DNA of 64,000 nucleotides, from assembly GCA_964626665.1 (NCBI GenBank), contig CAZVGK010000003.1, positions 85,277 through 149,276 on the forward strand, read 5' to 3'. This document shows positions 9,327 to 20,122 of this stretch, piece after piece. Under the pieces are notes generated by a model, which did no database searches, was not told the origin of the DNA, and saw nothing but the letters and a program-made list of their open reading frames with translations. The position numbers were made by a program, and so were the translations under genes. This DNA comes from an uncultured Gemmatimonadota bacterium (GTDB taxonomy: Bacteria; SM23-81; DAOVCL01). The first letter of the stretch is position 1, and every line of letters starts with the position of its first letter.

Positions 9327-10439
9327 TTAAGAGAGGTCGTAATAGAATCTCTCCGTGGATTCAGCTAACCTCTCTATACTGAAGTCCCCCACAGTTTTCC
9401 TCCTTGCCTCCCGACCAAATTCCTCCCTCTTATCCTCATCCCTGAGGAGTTCCAGGATGGCCCTGGCCAATGGTCGCGGTTCTGCCGGTGGGACGATTAC
9501 CCCACCTGTCCCATCAGCAATCAAATCGGGAATGGAGTTTATTCTTGTCCCCACCACAGGCTTTCCCATAGCCATAAACTCTAAGGCTACCCGGCAGATG
9601 GTCTCAGAACCTACAGAGGCCACCACCCCAAAATCAAGGGCAGAGATGATAGTCCTTATATCCTTTTGATAAGGGAGAAAGAAAAAATTTTCGAGAACCC
9701 CCTTGGATTGGGCCAAAACCTTTAACTCCCTTGATTTTATCTGCGCATCCCCCCCAGCGATGAGAAAGTGGACCTGCGGCCATTCCTTGACCACCTGGGA
9801 GGCGGCATCAATGAAGAACCTATGGCCCTTCACCGGGGAAAACCTCCCGATCATTCCCACCAAAGGGGTGGAACTATCTAATCCTAATAGCCTCTTAGCC
9901 TCTGAGGAACTAACCTTGGGTTGAAAATATTCTGTATCCACCCCAGGGGGGATGACCTCAATCTCCCCTTCCCCCAGGCCTAACTTCAGAAGAGGTAGCC
10001 TAAGCGAGGAGCAGGTGACCACAACCCTATCGGTCAAACAACGATGCAGCAAGAGGTTGAAAGGATGAGCCAATGGAGGCCTCTGATCACCTCTTGTTCT
10101 GACCAGGGGGATCCTATGAAATCCTCTGAGAAGGGAGGCATAGCTATGTCCTTCCCCCCGATGGGCATTGACCAGGTCAATTGACTCGCTTTTTATAATG
10201 GAGGCAAGCTGAATAAGATGAGCTGCCGCCTTATATGGGCTTAGCTTGTTTAAGGAAAGGTCAACCACAGGGAGCCCATATTCCTCTGCTTTTTTATAGA
10301 CTGGGCTCCCTTGCCTACCTGCAATGATCACCCTATGTCCCCTCTTCCTTAATCCCCGGCTAAGGTTAAGGGCATACCAGGCACAAGCATTAAACCAGCG
10401 AACATTTATCAGTTGTAGAATATTGAGCTTTCTTTTCAT
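9327..10439 (-). CDS. Glycosyltransferase family 4
   Basis: 370-aa product. The GT-B C-terminal motif FGVVASVGSETICRVALEFMAMGKPVVGT is present. Confidence 0.65.
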   Translation of the reverse strand: MKRKLNILQLINVRWFNACAWYALNLSRGLRKRGHRVIIAGRQGSPVYKKAEEYGLPVVDLSLNKLSPYKAAAHLIQLASIIKSESIDLVNAHRGEGHSYASLLRGFHRIPLVRTRGDQRPPLAHPFNLLLHRCLTDRVVVTCSSLRLPLLKLGLGEGEIEVIPPGVDTEYFQPKVSSSEAKRLLGLDSSTPLVGMIGRFSPVKGHRFFIDAASQVVKEWPQVHFLIAGGDAQIKSRELKVLAQSKGVLENFFFLPYQKDIRTIISALDFGVVASVGSETICRVALEFMAMGKPVVGTRINSIPDLIADGTGGVIVPPAEPRPLARAILELLRDEDKREEFGREARRKTVGDFSIERLAESTERFYYDLS

Positions 10440-10460
10440 CCTGGTTTATGCATTAAGAAA

Positions 10461-10573
10461 CCACGAGATTTCACAAGATATTCAAAATAAAGAGCTCACA
10501 AAAATTGAGGTTAAACCCCTCTTTCACCTGAAAGGTGAAAGCCTATATTCTTGAAGATACTTATATAATCTGT
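10461..10573. repeat. ~110-nt interspersed repeat with internal hairpin (ctttcacctgaaaggtgaaag)
   Basis: 10461-10573 and 62294-62395 are ~90% identical (cacaagatattcaaaat.aagagctcacaaaaatt.ag.ttaaac.cctct.tc..ctgaaag.tgaaag..tata.tct.gaagatacttat.taatctgt). A partial copy lies at 18441-18500. Confidence 0.65.
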
Positions 10574-10726
10574 GAAAATCCGCGTTCACCCCGTTAAATA
10601 ATTTAGAAATAGACATCATCGCATCCCCAAGCTTGCTTTTATTTAACGGACTTCACCCCGTGAAATACGAAAGTATATTTAACGGGGTTCATCTGTGGTT
10701 TATGCATATTTTGGTTCATAATTAGC

Positions 10727-10756
10727 TTGACAAAGCAGTGAAACCTTTTGTATTCT
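10727..10756 (+). promoter_or_regulatory. Putative sigma70 promoter for the 10764 glycosyltransferase gene, possibly giving a leaderless mRNA
   Basis: ttgaca at 10727-10732, a 17/18-nt spacer, then gtattc/tattct. The ATG at 10764 would be at or next to the predicted TSS, and no SD is present. Confidence 0.3.
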
Positions 10757-10763
10757 TTCATCC

Positions 10764-11642
10764 ATGAAAGTAAGTGGGTTCACATTCGTCAGGAATGCGG
10801 TGAGCTTAGACTATCCCATTGTCGAGTCAATTAGTTCCATTCTCCCTATATGCGATGAGTTTGTGGTTGCTGCCGGGGATTCTGAGGATAATACCACCGA
10901 ACTCATCAGAGGCATAAAAAGCGATAAGGTCAAAATAATCGAGACTAAATGGGATCCAAAGCTCTTCGTTCATGGGGCGATAAACGCCCAACAGACAGAT
11001 ATCGCCCTTTCCTATTGTCAAGGGGATTGGTGTTTCTATCTCCAGGCAGACGAAGTCGTGCACGAGAAGTTCCTCCCCATCATCGTAAAAAAGATGGAGG
11101 AAGCCCTACAGCGCAGAGAGGTAGAAGGGTTCCTCTTTGATTACCTCCACTTCTGGGGCAGCTACCAAACCTATCAGATCTCCCGGAATTGGTATCGCCA
11201 AGAGGTGAGGGCAATCAGGAACCATATCGGAGTCCATTCCTGGAAGAGCGCCCAGGGTTTTAGAAAGGATGGGAAAAAACTTAGAGTCATCCACTCCGGT
11301 GCCCAGATCTACCATTACGGCTGGGTAAGGGACCCAAAACTGATGAAGCAAAAACAGATAGCTTTGGACTCCCTCCATCACCCCCAGAAATGGGTGGAAA
11401 AACATCATCCGGATAAGGGAGCACCATTCCAATATGGTTCGCTCCAGCATTTAGCCAAATTTGCAGGGACCCACCCCCAGGTTATGGCCGAAAGGATTAA
11501 CAAGAAAAATTGGCAGATAGTTCCGAATCCAAAAGTAAAACATAAACACAACAAACTCTCTATCCGACTTTTCACTTTTATAGAAGATAAAATCATCCAC
11601 ACCAGAATAGGAGAGTACAAGAACTATATCCTCATCGATTGA
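10764..11642 (+). CDS. Putative glycosyltransferase (GT2-like)
   Basis: N-terminus FTFVRNAVSLDYPIVESISSILPICDEFVVAAGDSEDNT resembles GT2-type nucleotide-sugar binding folds. It is divergent from the GT4 gene at 9327..10439. Confidence 0.45.
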   Translation: MKVSGFTFVRNAVSLDYPIVESISSILPICDEFVVAAGDSEDNTTELIRGIKSDKVKIIETKWDPKLFVHGAINAQQTDIALSYCQGDWCFYLQADEVVHEKFLPIIVKKMEEALQRREVEGFLFDYLHFWGSYQTYQISRNWYRQEVRAIRNHIGVHSWKSAQGFRKDGKKLRVIHSGAQIYHYGWVRDPKLMKQKQIALDSLHHPQKWVEKHHPDKGAPFQYGSLQHLAKFAGTHPQVMAERINKKNWQIVPNPKVKHKHNKLSIRLFTFIEDKIIHTRIGEYKNYILID

Positions 11643-12576
11643 GAGATTTCATCCACTCCACCTCTTGACGTAATCCTTCTTCAATTTGAACTTCAGGTTT
11701 GAATCCTAACTCCTTTTGTATCTTTGATGTATCTGCCAGAGTATCCTTTACATCCCCCTTCTGCACATCCTGATAGACAACCTTCGCTTTTTTCCCACAG
11801 AGCCCCTCGATAATTTTCAGGGTATCATTTATGGAAATCCATCTTCCCCCTCCCACATTCAAAGTCTCTCGCACTACCTTGCTCTCCCCTGCTTTCATCG
11901 TAGCCTCCACCACATCGGAAAATAAGGTAAAATCCCTCCTCTGCTCTCCACCACCGAAGATTTTGACCTCTTCCCCTCTAAGGATTGCCTTGATAAAGCA
12001 ATGAAAAGCCATATCGGGCCTTTGGCGCGGTCCGTAGACGGTGAAGTAACGAAGGGAAATGGTGGGGATCCCGTAGTTCTGGGCATAGAGCCTGCAAAGC
12101 TCCTCTCCAGCATATTTGGTCAATCCATAGGGAGAGATCGGAGATGGCCTCTCATCTTCCCTCAGGGGGAGGTTATGGCTTTCCCCATAGACCGATGAGG
12201 AAGAGGCATAGATGAACTTTCTTAAAGGGTATGAACTACAAAGTTCTAAGAGCCTCTGGGTGGCCAAGACATTGTTTCTCAGATAAACCTCAAAACCAGG
12301 GCCCCAGCTCCCTCTTACCCCGGGCTGGGCGGCCAGGTGGTAGATATGGGTGAGGTCAGGGGGAAGCTCCTGTAGATCGAGGATATCCATTTCCCTAAAG
12401 CTAAACCCCCTTTTGCCCAGAAGAGGGTTAAGATTTGTCCTCTTCAATTCCGAAGAGTAGTAGGAGGTAAAGCTGTCCAGGCCCACTACATCATACCCAC
12501 TGGCCAAAAGGTGTTGGGCCAAATGGGAGCCGATAAAGCCTGCTACCCCAGTAACTAGCGCCCTTTTAGCATTCAT
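11632..12576 (-). CDS. NAD-dependent epimerase/dehydratase (UDP-sugar 4-epimerase-like)
   Basis: ALVTGVAGFIGSHLAQHLL Rossmann motif and the YxxxK region are present. Confidence 0.75.
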   Translation of the reverse strand: MNAKRALVTGVAGFIGSHLAQHLLASGYDVVGLDSFTSYYSSELKRTNLNPLLGKRGFSFREMDILDLQELPPDLTHIYHLAAQPGVRGSWGPGFEVYLRNNVLATQRLLELCSSYPLRKFIYASSSSVYGESHNLPLREDERPSPISPYGLTKYAGEELCRLYAQNYGIPTISLRYFTVYGPRQRPDMAFHCFIKAILRGEEVKIFGGGEQRRDFTLFSDVVEATMKAGESKVVRETLNVGGGRWISINDTLKIIEGLCGKKAKVVYQDVQKGDVKDTLADTSKIQKELGFKPEVQIEEGLRQEVEWMKSLNR

Positions 12577-12690
12577 TGAGAAGATAATTCTCCCCTTGTA
12601 GCATAGCTACTGAATATTTTTCTACATAGGTCCAACCCCTACACGGAGATGGTCCACTTTTTGTACCTTCTCTAAACCCTGGAGGAGTTA

Positions 12691-13815
12691 TCAAGGGCCA
12701 GGGATAACACCTTTTTTATCCTTGAGGAGGGAGGAAAATGATTTCTCCACCCTTTCCACCATCAAGGAGGAGGAAAAAGATCTTTCTATCCTTCTTCGGC
12801 TGGCTTTTCCCAGGGTTTCCCTTAGGAGTCTATCATAAAGTAATTTTTTAATAGATTGAGCTAATTGCGAGTGATTATTGGGAGATACAATTAAACCGCT
12901 CACCCCATCCTCCACTGCCTCTGGCACACCACCCACCCTTGTTGCTACCACGGGTTTACCACAGGCCATAGCCTCCAAAACTACATTGGGCAACCCTTCA
13001 AACAAGGAGGGGAGAACTAAAATATCCAGTGCGGCATAAACCAAGGGAAGATTGGTCCGATAACCGGAGAAAATCACCCGTTCCCTTATCCCAAGTTCCT
13101 TGGCAATATCCTCCAGTTCTCCCTTCCTCTCCCCATCTCCTACCACCCAGAAAACAACCTGGGGAAAGCTTTTGGCCAACAGTTTAGCCGCCTGAAGAAA
13201 GAGTTTATGCCCCTTCTGATGGGTTAACCTCCCCACGATTCCCACCACTAAGCCGTTGGAGGGCAAGCCAAACTGAACTCTGGCTTCAGCCTGAGAGTCC
13301 CCAGGATGAAAATAATCGAGGTCAACCCCATTGGGAATAACCTCTATCAAATTACGATCCAACCAACTATAGCGGCCCAACTCCCTCTTTATGGAATTTG
13401 ATGGACATACAATCTTATCAGCAAGAAATCTATAGGAAAGCTTGAACCTTAACTTATCCCTCATCAAGGGAAGCCCCTTGCGAACAACTAGGGCTCTCAC
13501 CCCGGCCAGCTTTGCTCCTAAGCCTCCTAACCTGAGATCCTTGTCGAAATTGACACAGAGGAGTTGCACCTTCCCCTTTCTCATCAACAGGGCCAACCTA
13601 TAAATATTTATGGGCCCAAAATCCCCCCTTATCCTCAGGGAATAAACTTTTAACCCTTCCGTGGATGCCCCCTTTAAAAAACGACTTCCCCTGCGGCCAG
13701 CTATAACTACCCGATGTCTTCTGGCCTTAAGGCCCTTGGCCACGGCGACCATCCACTTCTCTCCCCCACCCCAGACTCCTTCCCTAATGGAGTTGAGGAA
13801 AAGAATGTTCAACAT
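12691..13815 (-). CDS. Glycosyltransferase family 4
   Basis: FEGLPNVVLEAMACGKPVVATRVGGVPE is the GT4 signature. Confidence 0.7.
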   Translation of the reverse strand: MLNILFLNSIREGVWGGGEKWMVAVAKGLKARRHRVVIAGRRGSRFLKGASTEGLKVYSLRIRGDFGPINIYRLALLMRKGKVQLLCVNFDKDLRLGGLGAKLAGVRALVVRKGLPLMRDKLRFKLSYRFLADKIVCPSNSIKRELGRYSWLDRNLIEVIPNGVDLDYFHPGDSQAEARVQFGLPSNGLVVGIVGRLTHQKGHKLFLQAAKLLAKSFPQVVFWVVGDGERKGELEDIAKELGIRERVIFSGYRTNLPLVYAALDILVLPSLFEGLPNVVLEAMACGKPVVATRVGGVPEAVEDGVSGLIVSPNNHSQLAQSIKKLLYDRLLRETLGKASRRRIERSFSSSLMVERVEKSFSSLLKDKKGVIPGP

Positions 13816-14888
13816 TAAAGCTCCTCTACCAGGGAGTTGAACTCGGCGAGAACATCGGCTACTGAGGGATCCCCTCCCCGGTAAACCGTGCGATGATGAT
13901 CCCCCTGGGGAGCATACCTATAGGAATTCCCTACCAGGAAAACAGATAGGGTGGGAACACCCAGGGCAGCGGCTAGATGCATCGGGCCACAATCTCCGCT
14001 AATGAATACCCGACAGAAGGAGAGGAGAGAGGCAAACTCCCGCAAGCCCATCTGAGGAAAAATGGTCACCCCAGGGGAGGGAAACTCCTGCTTACCTCTT
14101 AAAAGATCCTTCTCACCTGGCCCCCAGAAGATGAGGATAGGAAAACCATACTCCTTATTAATCATTCTGGCTAGAGAGGCAAACTTGCTCAGGTCCCACC
14201 TTTTGTCCCTTCTCCCTCCTGGATGGATACCCACCAAAAAGGAGGAACTATCTATACCCAAGCTCTTAAGCACATCTCTTGCTTGCTCCCTTTCTTTTGG
14301 GGCCAAAAAGACCTCCATCCCATTGGAACTGAAACTTTTACTAAGAAAAGAGAGGAGGACGAGGTTAGTTTCAATTTGATGAACTTTCCCTTCTGGCGGG
14401 GGAATTTCTACATTTAAAAATGGATTGGGCTTTCCCCTTTGAAAACCCACCCGATAAGGGGCAAGGGAAAGCAGGGTATAGAGCCCATTGTTAAAGGAGA
14501 GCGAGTCCTGATGGCTACAATCGAAGGAGAGGTCAAACCCCGTTCCTATAAGCTTTATGAGAAACTTAGTCAAAGCAAAGGGATTATACAGAAGACTCCT
14601 TTTCTTCAGGGTGATAACCCCATCTATATTCGGATTTCCCCTGAGTAGAGAGGAGAACCTACTGCTAACCAAAGCCCAGATCCCAGCCTGGGGAAGGGAA
14701 GATTTGAGAAGCTCAAAAAATGGGGTGAGCATCAAGAGATTCCCCAACCTCTCATCCCCTCTGACCACTAAGACCTGCCTCACCTGAGATAGATCGATTC
14801 GTTCAACCCCCAGCTTCTCCCGTTTAAGGGGGGTAAGAAGTTTAAATAGCTGGCCTTTTAGGCCCCTCTCTAAATCCTTTAACCTCAT
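13815..14888 (-). CDS. Glycosyltransferase family 9 (LPS heptosyltransferase-like)
   Basis: C-terminal FISGDCGPMHLAAALGVPTLSVF is the GT9 motif. The 5' end overlaps the MsbA-like gene by ~47 nt, so the real start may be internal. Confidence 0.65.
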   Translation of the reverse strand: MRLKDLERGLKGQLFKLLTPLKREKLGVERIDLSQVRQVLVVRGDERLGNLLMLTPFFELLKSSLPQAGIWALVSSRFSSLLRGNPNIDGVITLKKRSLLYNPFALTKFLIKLIGTGFDLSFDCSHQDSLSFNNGLYTLLSLAPYRVGFQRGKPNPFLNVEIPPPEGKVHQIETNLVLLSFLSKSFSSNGMEVFLAPKEREQARDVLKSLGIDSSSFLVGIHPGGRRDKRWDLSKFASLARMINKEYGFPILIFWGPGEKDLLRGKQEFPSPGVTIFPQMGLREFASLLSFCRVFISGDCGPMHLAAALGVPTLSVFLVGNSYRYAPQGDHHRTVYRGGDPSVADVLAEFNSLVEEL

Positions 14889-16713
14889 TATCCACGAACT
14901 GGAGCTGATAGAGTCTGCGGTAAAGACCGTCCTCCCCTATTAACTGGGAATGGTTTCCCCTCTGCACAATTCGTCCTTTCTCCAGGACTACTATCAGATC
15001 TGCATCCCTTACGGTGGAAAGCCTATGAGCCACAACAAGGGTTGTTCTCCCCTTGATTAGCCTGTTGATCGCCTCCTGTACCAACCTCTCGGACTGAGCA
15101 TCCAATGAGGAGGTGGCCTCATCGAAGATCAATATCTGGGGATTCTTAAGGATAGCCCTAGCAATGGCAATCCTCTGTCTCTCCCCTCCGGAGAGTTTGA
15201 CCCCTCGGTCTCCGATATAGGTATCGTATTTTTGCGAGAGGGAGAGGATGAAATGGTGGGCATTGGCCACCTCTGCCGCTTTCTCCACCTTTTCCCTGGC
15301 TACATCATTTAGCCCATAGGCGATATTGTTAAAAACGGTATCGTTGAAGAGGATGGTCTCCTGAGTGACAATCCCCATTAGCCTCCGCAGGGAGCTCACC
15401 TTTATCTCCCTTATATCCCTCCCATCCAGTTCAATTCTCCCCTGCTGAGGGTCATAAAAGCGGGGCAAGAGATCCAAAAGGGTCGACTTGCCCACCCCAC
15501 TTGGCCCGACAATGGCCACTACCTCTCCGGCTTTAACCTCTAGATCAATACCTTGTAAGATGGTTTCCCCTTCATCATATCCATACCAGACATTTACATA
15601 CCTAATGGAGTCGGTGAGATTATCTACCTCCTTCTTACCCTCATTCTTTACCCTGGGGGGGGTATCCAAAACCTGGAAAACCCTCTCTGCTGCGGCCAAT
15701 CCCTGTTGGATCTTGCTGTTTACCCCGGAGATGTTCTTCACCGGTTGCATCATCATAAATAGGGCCAGCACAAAGAGGACGAAATCGTCAGGGGACATAA
15801 CCATTCCCTGCAAGACATGGGAACCACCAAACCAAAGGATGATCACCCCTACTCCAGTCCCTAAGAGCTCATTCAGGGGATTAGCCAGCCTACTCACCCT
15901 GGCCATCTTCAACCTGGTGCGGAAATACCTCTGGGTCTCCCTCGTAAATTTACTTAGCTCAAACCTCTCCATAGAGAAGGCCTTGACCACCCTCACCCCT
16001 GATATGGTCTCCTGTAAGATGGAGGTCACATCGGCCATCCTGGCCTGGGAACGGCTGCTATACTTACGCAGTTTCCTGCCCACCTTGGTTATCACCAAGA
16101 GGACCAGAGGGGCTACTAAGAGTATTAAGAGGGTCAGTTTCCAGTTGATCATTACCACCATAACCAGATAGATGAGAATAAGAAAGGGATTCTGGATCAT
16201 ACTGGAGAAGCTGATACTTATGGTATTGTTCAGAACCAGAGTGTCGTTGGTAATCCTAGAGATCAGTTTACCGGTTCTCTGTTGGTGGAAATAAGTCAAG
16301 GAAAGACAGTGAAGGTGTTCATAGAGCTTATTTCTTATGTCCCTGATAAATCCCTGTTGCACAAAGGCGATAAAATAAGCCTGTAGATAGAAGAAGAGGT
16401 TTTTGAGGAAGACAACTATGAGGATTAATAGGCAAAGCCTCTTTAAGGTAGCAAGCTTTGTCCTCCCCATTATCAGCGAGTAGGCCTTCTCCTTGACCTG
16501 CACCCTGAGCCCGGAGAGAAAGTCCGTTTGAAGCGGCACCTTCTTCAGGGTCTGGGGTTCATCTGGAGTCATAAAGATGGTCTTCACAGTGGGGGCCACC
16601 AGCCAGACCATGGCTCCGCTGAAAAGGGTGAAGAGAACCGTGCAGAGGATGGAGACCACTAAGTGTCTCCAATAAGACCTTAAATATCCTAAAACCCTAA
16701 GATAGAGTCTCAT
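14842..16713 (-). CDS. ABC transporter, fused permease/ATPase (MsbA-like lipid exporter)
   Basis: Six-TM N-terminal domain; Walker A GPSGVGKST; ABC signature LSGGERQR; Walker B ILIFDEATS. Confidence 0.8.
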   Translation of the reverse strand: MRLYLRVLGYLRSYWRHLVVSILCTVLFTLFSGAMVWLVAPTVKTIFMTPDEPQTLKKVPLQTDFLSGLRVQVKEKAYSLIMGRTKLATLKRLCLLILIVVFLKNLFFYLQAYFIAFVQQGFIRDIRNKLYEHLHCLSLTYFHQQRTGKLISRITNDTLVLNNTISISFSSMIQNPFLILIYLVMVVMINWKLTLLILLVAPLVLLVITKVGRKLRKYSSRSQARMADVTSILQETISGVRVVKAFSMERFELSKFTRETQRYFRTRLKMARVSRLANPLNELLGTGVGVIILWFGGSHVLQGMVMSPDDFVLFVLALFMMMQPVKNISGVNSKIQQGLAAAERVFQVLDTPPRVKNEGKKEVDNLTDSIRYVNVWYGYDEGETILQGIDLEVKAGEVVAIVGPSGVGKSTLLDLLPRFYDPQQGRIELDGRDIREIKVSSLRRLMGIVTQETILFNDTVFNNIAYGLNDVAREKVEKAAEVANAHHFILSLSQKYDTYIGDRGVKLSGGERQRIAIARAILKNPQILIFDEATSSLDAQSERLVQEAINRLIKGRTTLVVAHRLSTVRDADLIVVLEKGRIVQRGNHSQLIGEDGLYRRLYQLQFVDNEVKGFREGPKRPAI

Positions 16714-16759
16714 AATCCCTTGAATTTAACCCCTGAAACCAAAGATGTCAAGCCATAAG

Positions 16760-16787
16760 AGAAAACCGTCATCTCTGACGGTTTTCT
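16760..16787 (-). terminator. Hairpin plus T-tract downstream of gcvPB
   Basis: aaaaccgtcatctctgacggtttt is a perfect 8-bp stem flanked by A/T runs, lying between gcvPB and the MsbA-like gene. Confidence 0.4.
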
Positions 16788-16913
16788 AACTCCGAGCATC
16801 CCTCCATTTTTTACAATGAACTGAAGGGATTTGAAAAGTTTTCCCCTTCAATCCCTTGCGGATGATAAAATCCAAAGGGGAGCAGAACATCCACAGGGAA
16901 TAGAGGCATCACC

Positions 16914-18362
16914 TCACCGGCTTTTCCACCTCACATCTAAATCCTTGGCTGCCTTTCTCTCATCAAGCCGGGAGACCGGGGTTGTATGGGGAGCAGACCT
17001 GACCAGATCAGGGTTTTCCTCTGACTCCTGGGCAATCTTCTTCATCGCCTCGATAAACCCATCCAGGGACTCCTTCGGCTCGGTCTCCGTAGGCTCGATC
17101 ATCAGAGCCTCAGGGACGATGAGGGGAAAGTAGACAGTTGGTGGGTGAAAGCCATAATCCAGAAGCCTCTTGGCTATATCCAGGGTTCTCACCCCCTGGG
17201 CCTTCTGGCGGGAACCGGAGAGGACAAACTCGTGGAGAGGGAAGCGGTCATAGGGAAGGTGATAGTAATCTTTAAGGTTTTTCATCAAGTAATTGGCATT
17301 GGTTATCGCCCCTTCACTGACCTCCCTTAGTCCTTTGGCACCCAACATCCTCAGGTAGATATAGGCCTTCACCATAACCCCAAAATTGCCATAGAATCCC
17401 TGCACCTTACCGATGGAATCGGGGCGATCGTAGCTGAACCGATAGCCCTCATCTTCCTTCTCTATGGTGGGCAAGGGAAGGAAGCCGGCCAATTCCCCCT
17501 TTACCCCTACTGGTCCGGATCCTGGTCCCCCACCGCCATGAGGGGTGGAGAAGGTCTTGTGCAGGTTGAGATGGACCAGATCAAACCCCATATCCCCTGG
17601 CCTGGTTATCCCCAAGAGGGCATTCATATTGGCCCCATCCATATAGAGGAGAGCTCCAGCCCGGTGGACTATATCCGCTATCTCCATAATCTGGGATTCA
17701 AAGAGACCTAAAGTATTGGGGTTTGTCAACATAAGTGCGGACACATCCTCATCAACCAACTCCCTCAACTGGGTAAGGTCAACAAGTCCCTGGGAGTTGG
17801 ATTTCACCTCTACCGCCCTATATCCGGCAAGGTGAGTAGATGCTGGGTTTGTCCCATGGGCAGAGTCCGGTATGATCACTCTTTCCCTGGGGTTTCCCTT
17901 ATTGAGATGATAGGCCCTAACCATCAGAAGGCCAGTAAGTTCCCCCTGAGCACCAGCCGCCGGCTGTAGGGTCATCCTATCCATACCAGTGATTTGACAG
18001 AGCATCCCCTCCAGCTCATACATCAACTTCAGAGCTCCCTGGACCGTGCTCTCCGGCTGATAGGGATGAAGATTGCAGAAACCAGGAAGCACGGCTAATC
18101 TCTCCCCTATCTTGGGGTTGTATTTCATCGTGCAGGAACCCAAGGGGTATAACCCCCTGTCAATATGATAGTTCAATGCGGAGAGGTTAACGAAATGGCG
18201 CACCACTTCCACTTCACTCACCTCGGGCAATTCTGGTGGATACCCCCTGAGCACCTCGGGGGGGAGAAGCTCCTCTGGAAATCGGGCGGGCAAATCAGAT
18301 TTAGGCAGGGTAAATCCCCTCTTACCACTTCCGCTAAGTTCAAAGATTAATTTCTCGGTCAT
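16914..18362 (-). CDS. gcvPB: Glycine dehydrogenase (decarboxylating) subunit 2
   Basis: 482-aa product with conserved GcvPB motifs ([16 protein letters not shown]). Confidence 0.9.
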   Translation of the reverse strand: MTEKLIFELSGSGKRGFTLPKSDLPARFPEELLPPEVLRGYPPELPEVSEVEVVRHFVNLSALNYHIDRGLYPLGSCTMKYNPKIGERLAVLPGFCNLHPYQPESTVQGALKLMYELEGMLCQITGMDRMTLQPAAGAQGELTGLLMVRAYHLNKGNPRERVIIPDSAHGTNPASTHLAGYRAVEVKSNSQGLVDLTQLRELVDEDVSALMLTNPNTLGLFESQIMEIADIVHRAGALLYMDGANMNALLGITRPGDMGFDLVHLNLHKTFSTPHGGGGPGSGPVGVKGELAGFLPLPTIEKEDEGYRFSYDRPDSIGKVQGFYGNFGVMVKAYIYLRMLGAKGLREVSEGAITNANYLMKNLKDYYHLPYDRFPLHEFVLSGSRQKAQGVRTLDIAKRLLDYGFHPPTVYFPLIVPEALMIEPTETEPKESLDGFIEAMKKIAQESEENPDLVRSAPHTTPVSRLDERKAAKDLDVRWKSR

Positions 18363-18772
18363 CTTAATCTCTCCATCCTCCTAAATACTTTGGACGTAGA
18401 TCAATGTAGATCAAAAGGATAAATCCAGACTATACGCTGGGGAACCACGAGATTTCACGAGATTGTCACCAGATATTCAGAATAAAGATCCTCACCAAAT
18501 CAGCAATCTATGATTAAACTCACAGATCAATCCCCAACAGCTCCCTCAAATCGGAGGAGAGGTCTCAGACCTTTCGAAAGCTGTCAGCCCCGTTCCGACG
18601 GGATTCCTGGCGGAAGAGGTAACTCCTGATGGGCACACTTTTTAAGAAAACACCGAATGACACTAAAATCCCTATCCACAAGGAATAGACAGGGCCGTCA
18701 GGAGGTAACTCCTGACGGCACATTTTAGAGACAAGTTTTGTTTATCCTGTTTATCCTGTCCAAGATGAGATC

Positions 18773-20122
18773 TCAACCTCCCCCTGCTATCTCCTTCAAA
18801 CCATCGATGAGGAGATCTATCTCCTCCTTGCTCCTCTTCTCCGTTGTGGCTAACAAAAATCCCTTCCCCATCCCAAACCTGCCTAAATCTGGCCCGACAA
18901 AGATCCCCTTCTGGGCCAGGGAGGTGATTACCTTCCCTGCAGAAAGGGCTGAAATGACCGTAAACTCCTTAAAGAATGGAGCTGTGTAACCGGGTTGAAA
19001 ACCATCTATCTCCGCTATCCGCTTCTGTGTGTAGTGGCTCTTTCGTAGACAGAGCAAGGCTAAATCCCTCATCCCCTCTCTCCCCAAGAGGGTGAGATAG
19101 ACAGCGGCGGCCAGGGCATTTAGGGCTTCGCTGGTGCATATATTGGAGGTGGCCCTTTCCCTCCTTATATGTTGTTCCCTGGTTTGCAGGGCAAGGACAA
19201 ATCCCCTTCTTCCCTGGCTATCTGTGGTTGCCCCCACCAATCTTCCCGGCATTTGGCGAAGGAACTCCCTCTGACAGGCAAAGAATCCTAAATACGGGCC
19301 GCCAAAAGAGGTGGGATTCCCCAAGGGCTGCCCCTCTCCCACGGCGATATCTGCCTCATATTTCCCTGGGGGTTTAAGGATGCCCAAGGAGATGGGATCT
19401 ACCACCATTATCAGCAGAGCTCCTACCTTGTGGACCAACCCGGCGGTCTGGCTCAGGTCCTCCACAGCTCCCCAGAAATTGGGATTCTGGATGACAACTG
19501 AGGCCACATTCTCGTCGAGCATCCCCTCCAACCTGCCCCAGTCCGTCCTTCCAGTGCTAAGGGGTATCCTCTGAATTTTTAATCCCAAACCCCTGGTATA
19601 GGTCTTCAGAACCTGATGATAAGCGGGATTAAGCCCCTCCGAGGCCAGGATGGTATCCCTTCCGGTAATGGAATGGGCCATAAGCGCTGCCTCTGCCGTT
19701 GCTGAGGCCCCGTCATACATTGAGGCATTAGCCACATCCATCCCGGTAAGCTCACAAATCAAGCTCTGGTACTCATAGATCGCCTGTAGGGTCCCTTGAC
19801 TCACTTCAGCCTGATAGGGTGTATAAGAGGTGTAATATTCGCTCCGTTCGATGATAGAGGAGACAGCCGCCGGAACCCAGTGGTCATAGGCACCTCCCCC
19901 CAAGAATGATAGGTTGTGGTCGAGATCGTCGTTCTCCTCTGAAATGTCCCGCATAAGCGTGGAGACCTCTATCTCGGAGAGGGGAGGTGGCAGATCAAGA
20001 GGTCTCTTTATCCTGATCTGCGGAGGAATAGAGGAGATAAGCTCGGCGAAGCTCTCCACCCCGATGGTGGAAAGCATATCTTCCTTCTCCTTAGCCGATA
20101 TTGGTATCCAGCACATTCTCAA
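18773..20122 (-). CDS. gcvPA: Glycine dehydrogenase (decarboxylating) subunit 1
   Basis: 449-aa product with the GcvPA fold. The start may be the internal MLSTIGV. Confidence 0.85.
   Translation of the reverse strand: MRMCWIPISAKEKEDMLSTIGVESFAELISSIPPQIRIKRPLDLPPPLSEIEVSTLMRDISEENDDLDHNLSFLGGGAYDHWVPAAVSSIIERSEYYTSYTPYQAEVSQGTLQAIYEYQSLICELTGMDVANASMYDGASATAEAALMAHSITGRDTILASEGLNPAYHQVLKTYTRGLGLKIQRIPLSTGRTDWGRLEGMLDENVASVVIQNPNFWGAVEDLSQTAGLVHKVGALLIMVVDPISLGILKPPGKYEADIAVGEGQPLGNPTSFGGPYLGFFACQREFLRQMPGRLVGATTDSQGRRGFVLALQTREQHIRRERATSNICTSEALNALAAAVYLTLLGREGMRDLALLCLRKSHYTQKRIAEIDGFQPGYTAPFFKEFTVISALSAGKVITSLAQKGIFVGPDLGRFGMGKGFLLATTEKRSKEEIDLLIDGLKEIAGGG

Noticed and set aside
15488-16171. 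227-aa ORF on the plus strand
   Set aside because: Antisense to the MsbA-like ABC transporter gene, which has clear Walker/ABC motifs. Shadow ORF.
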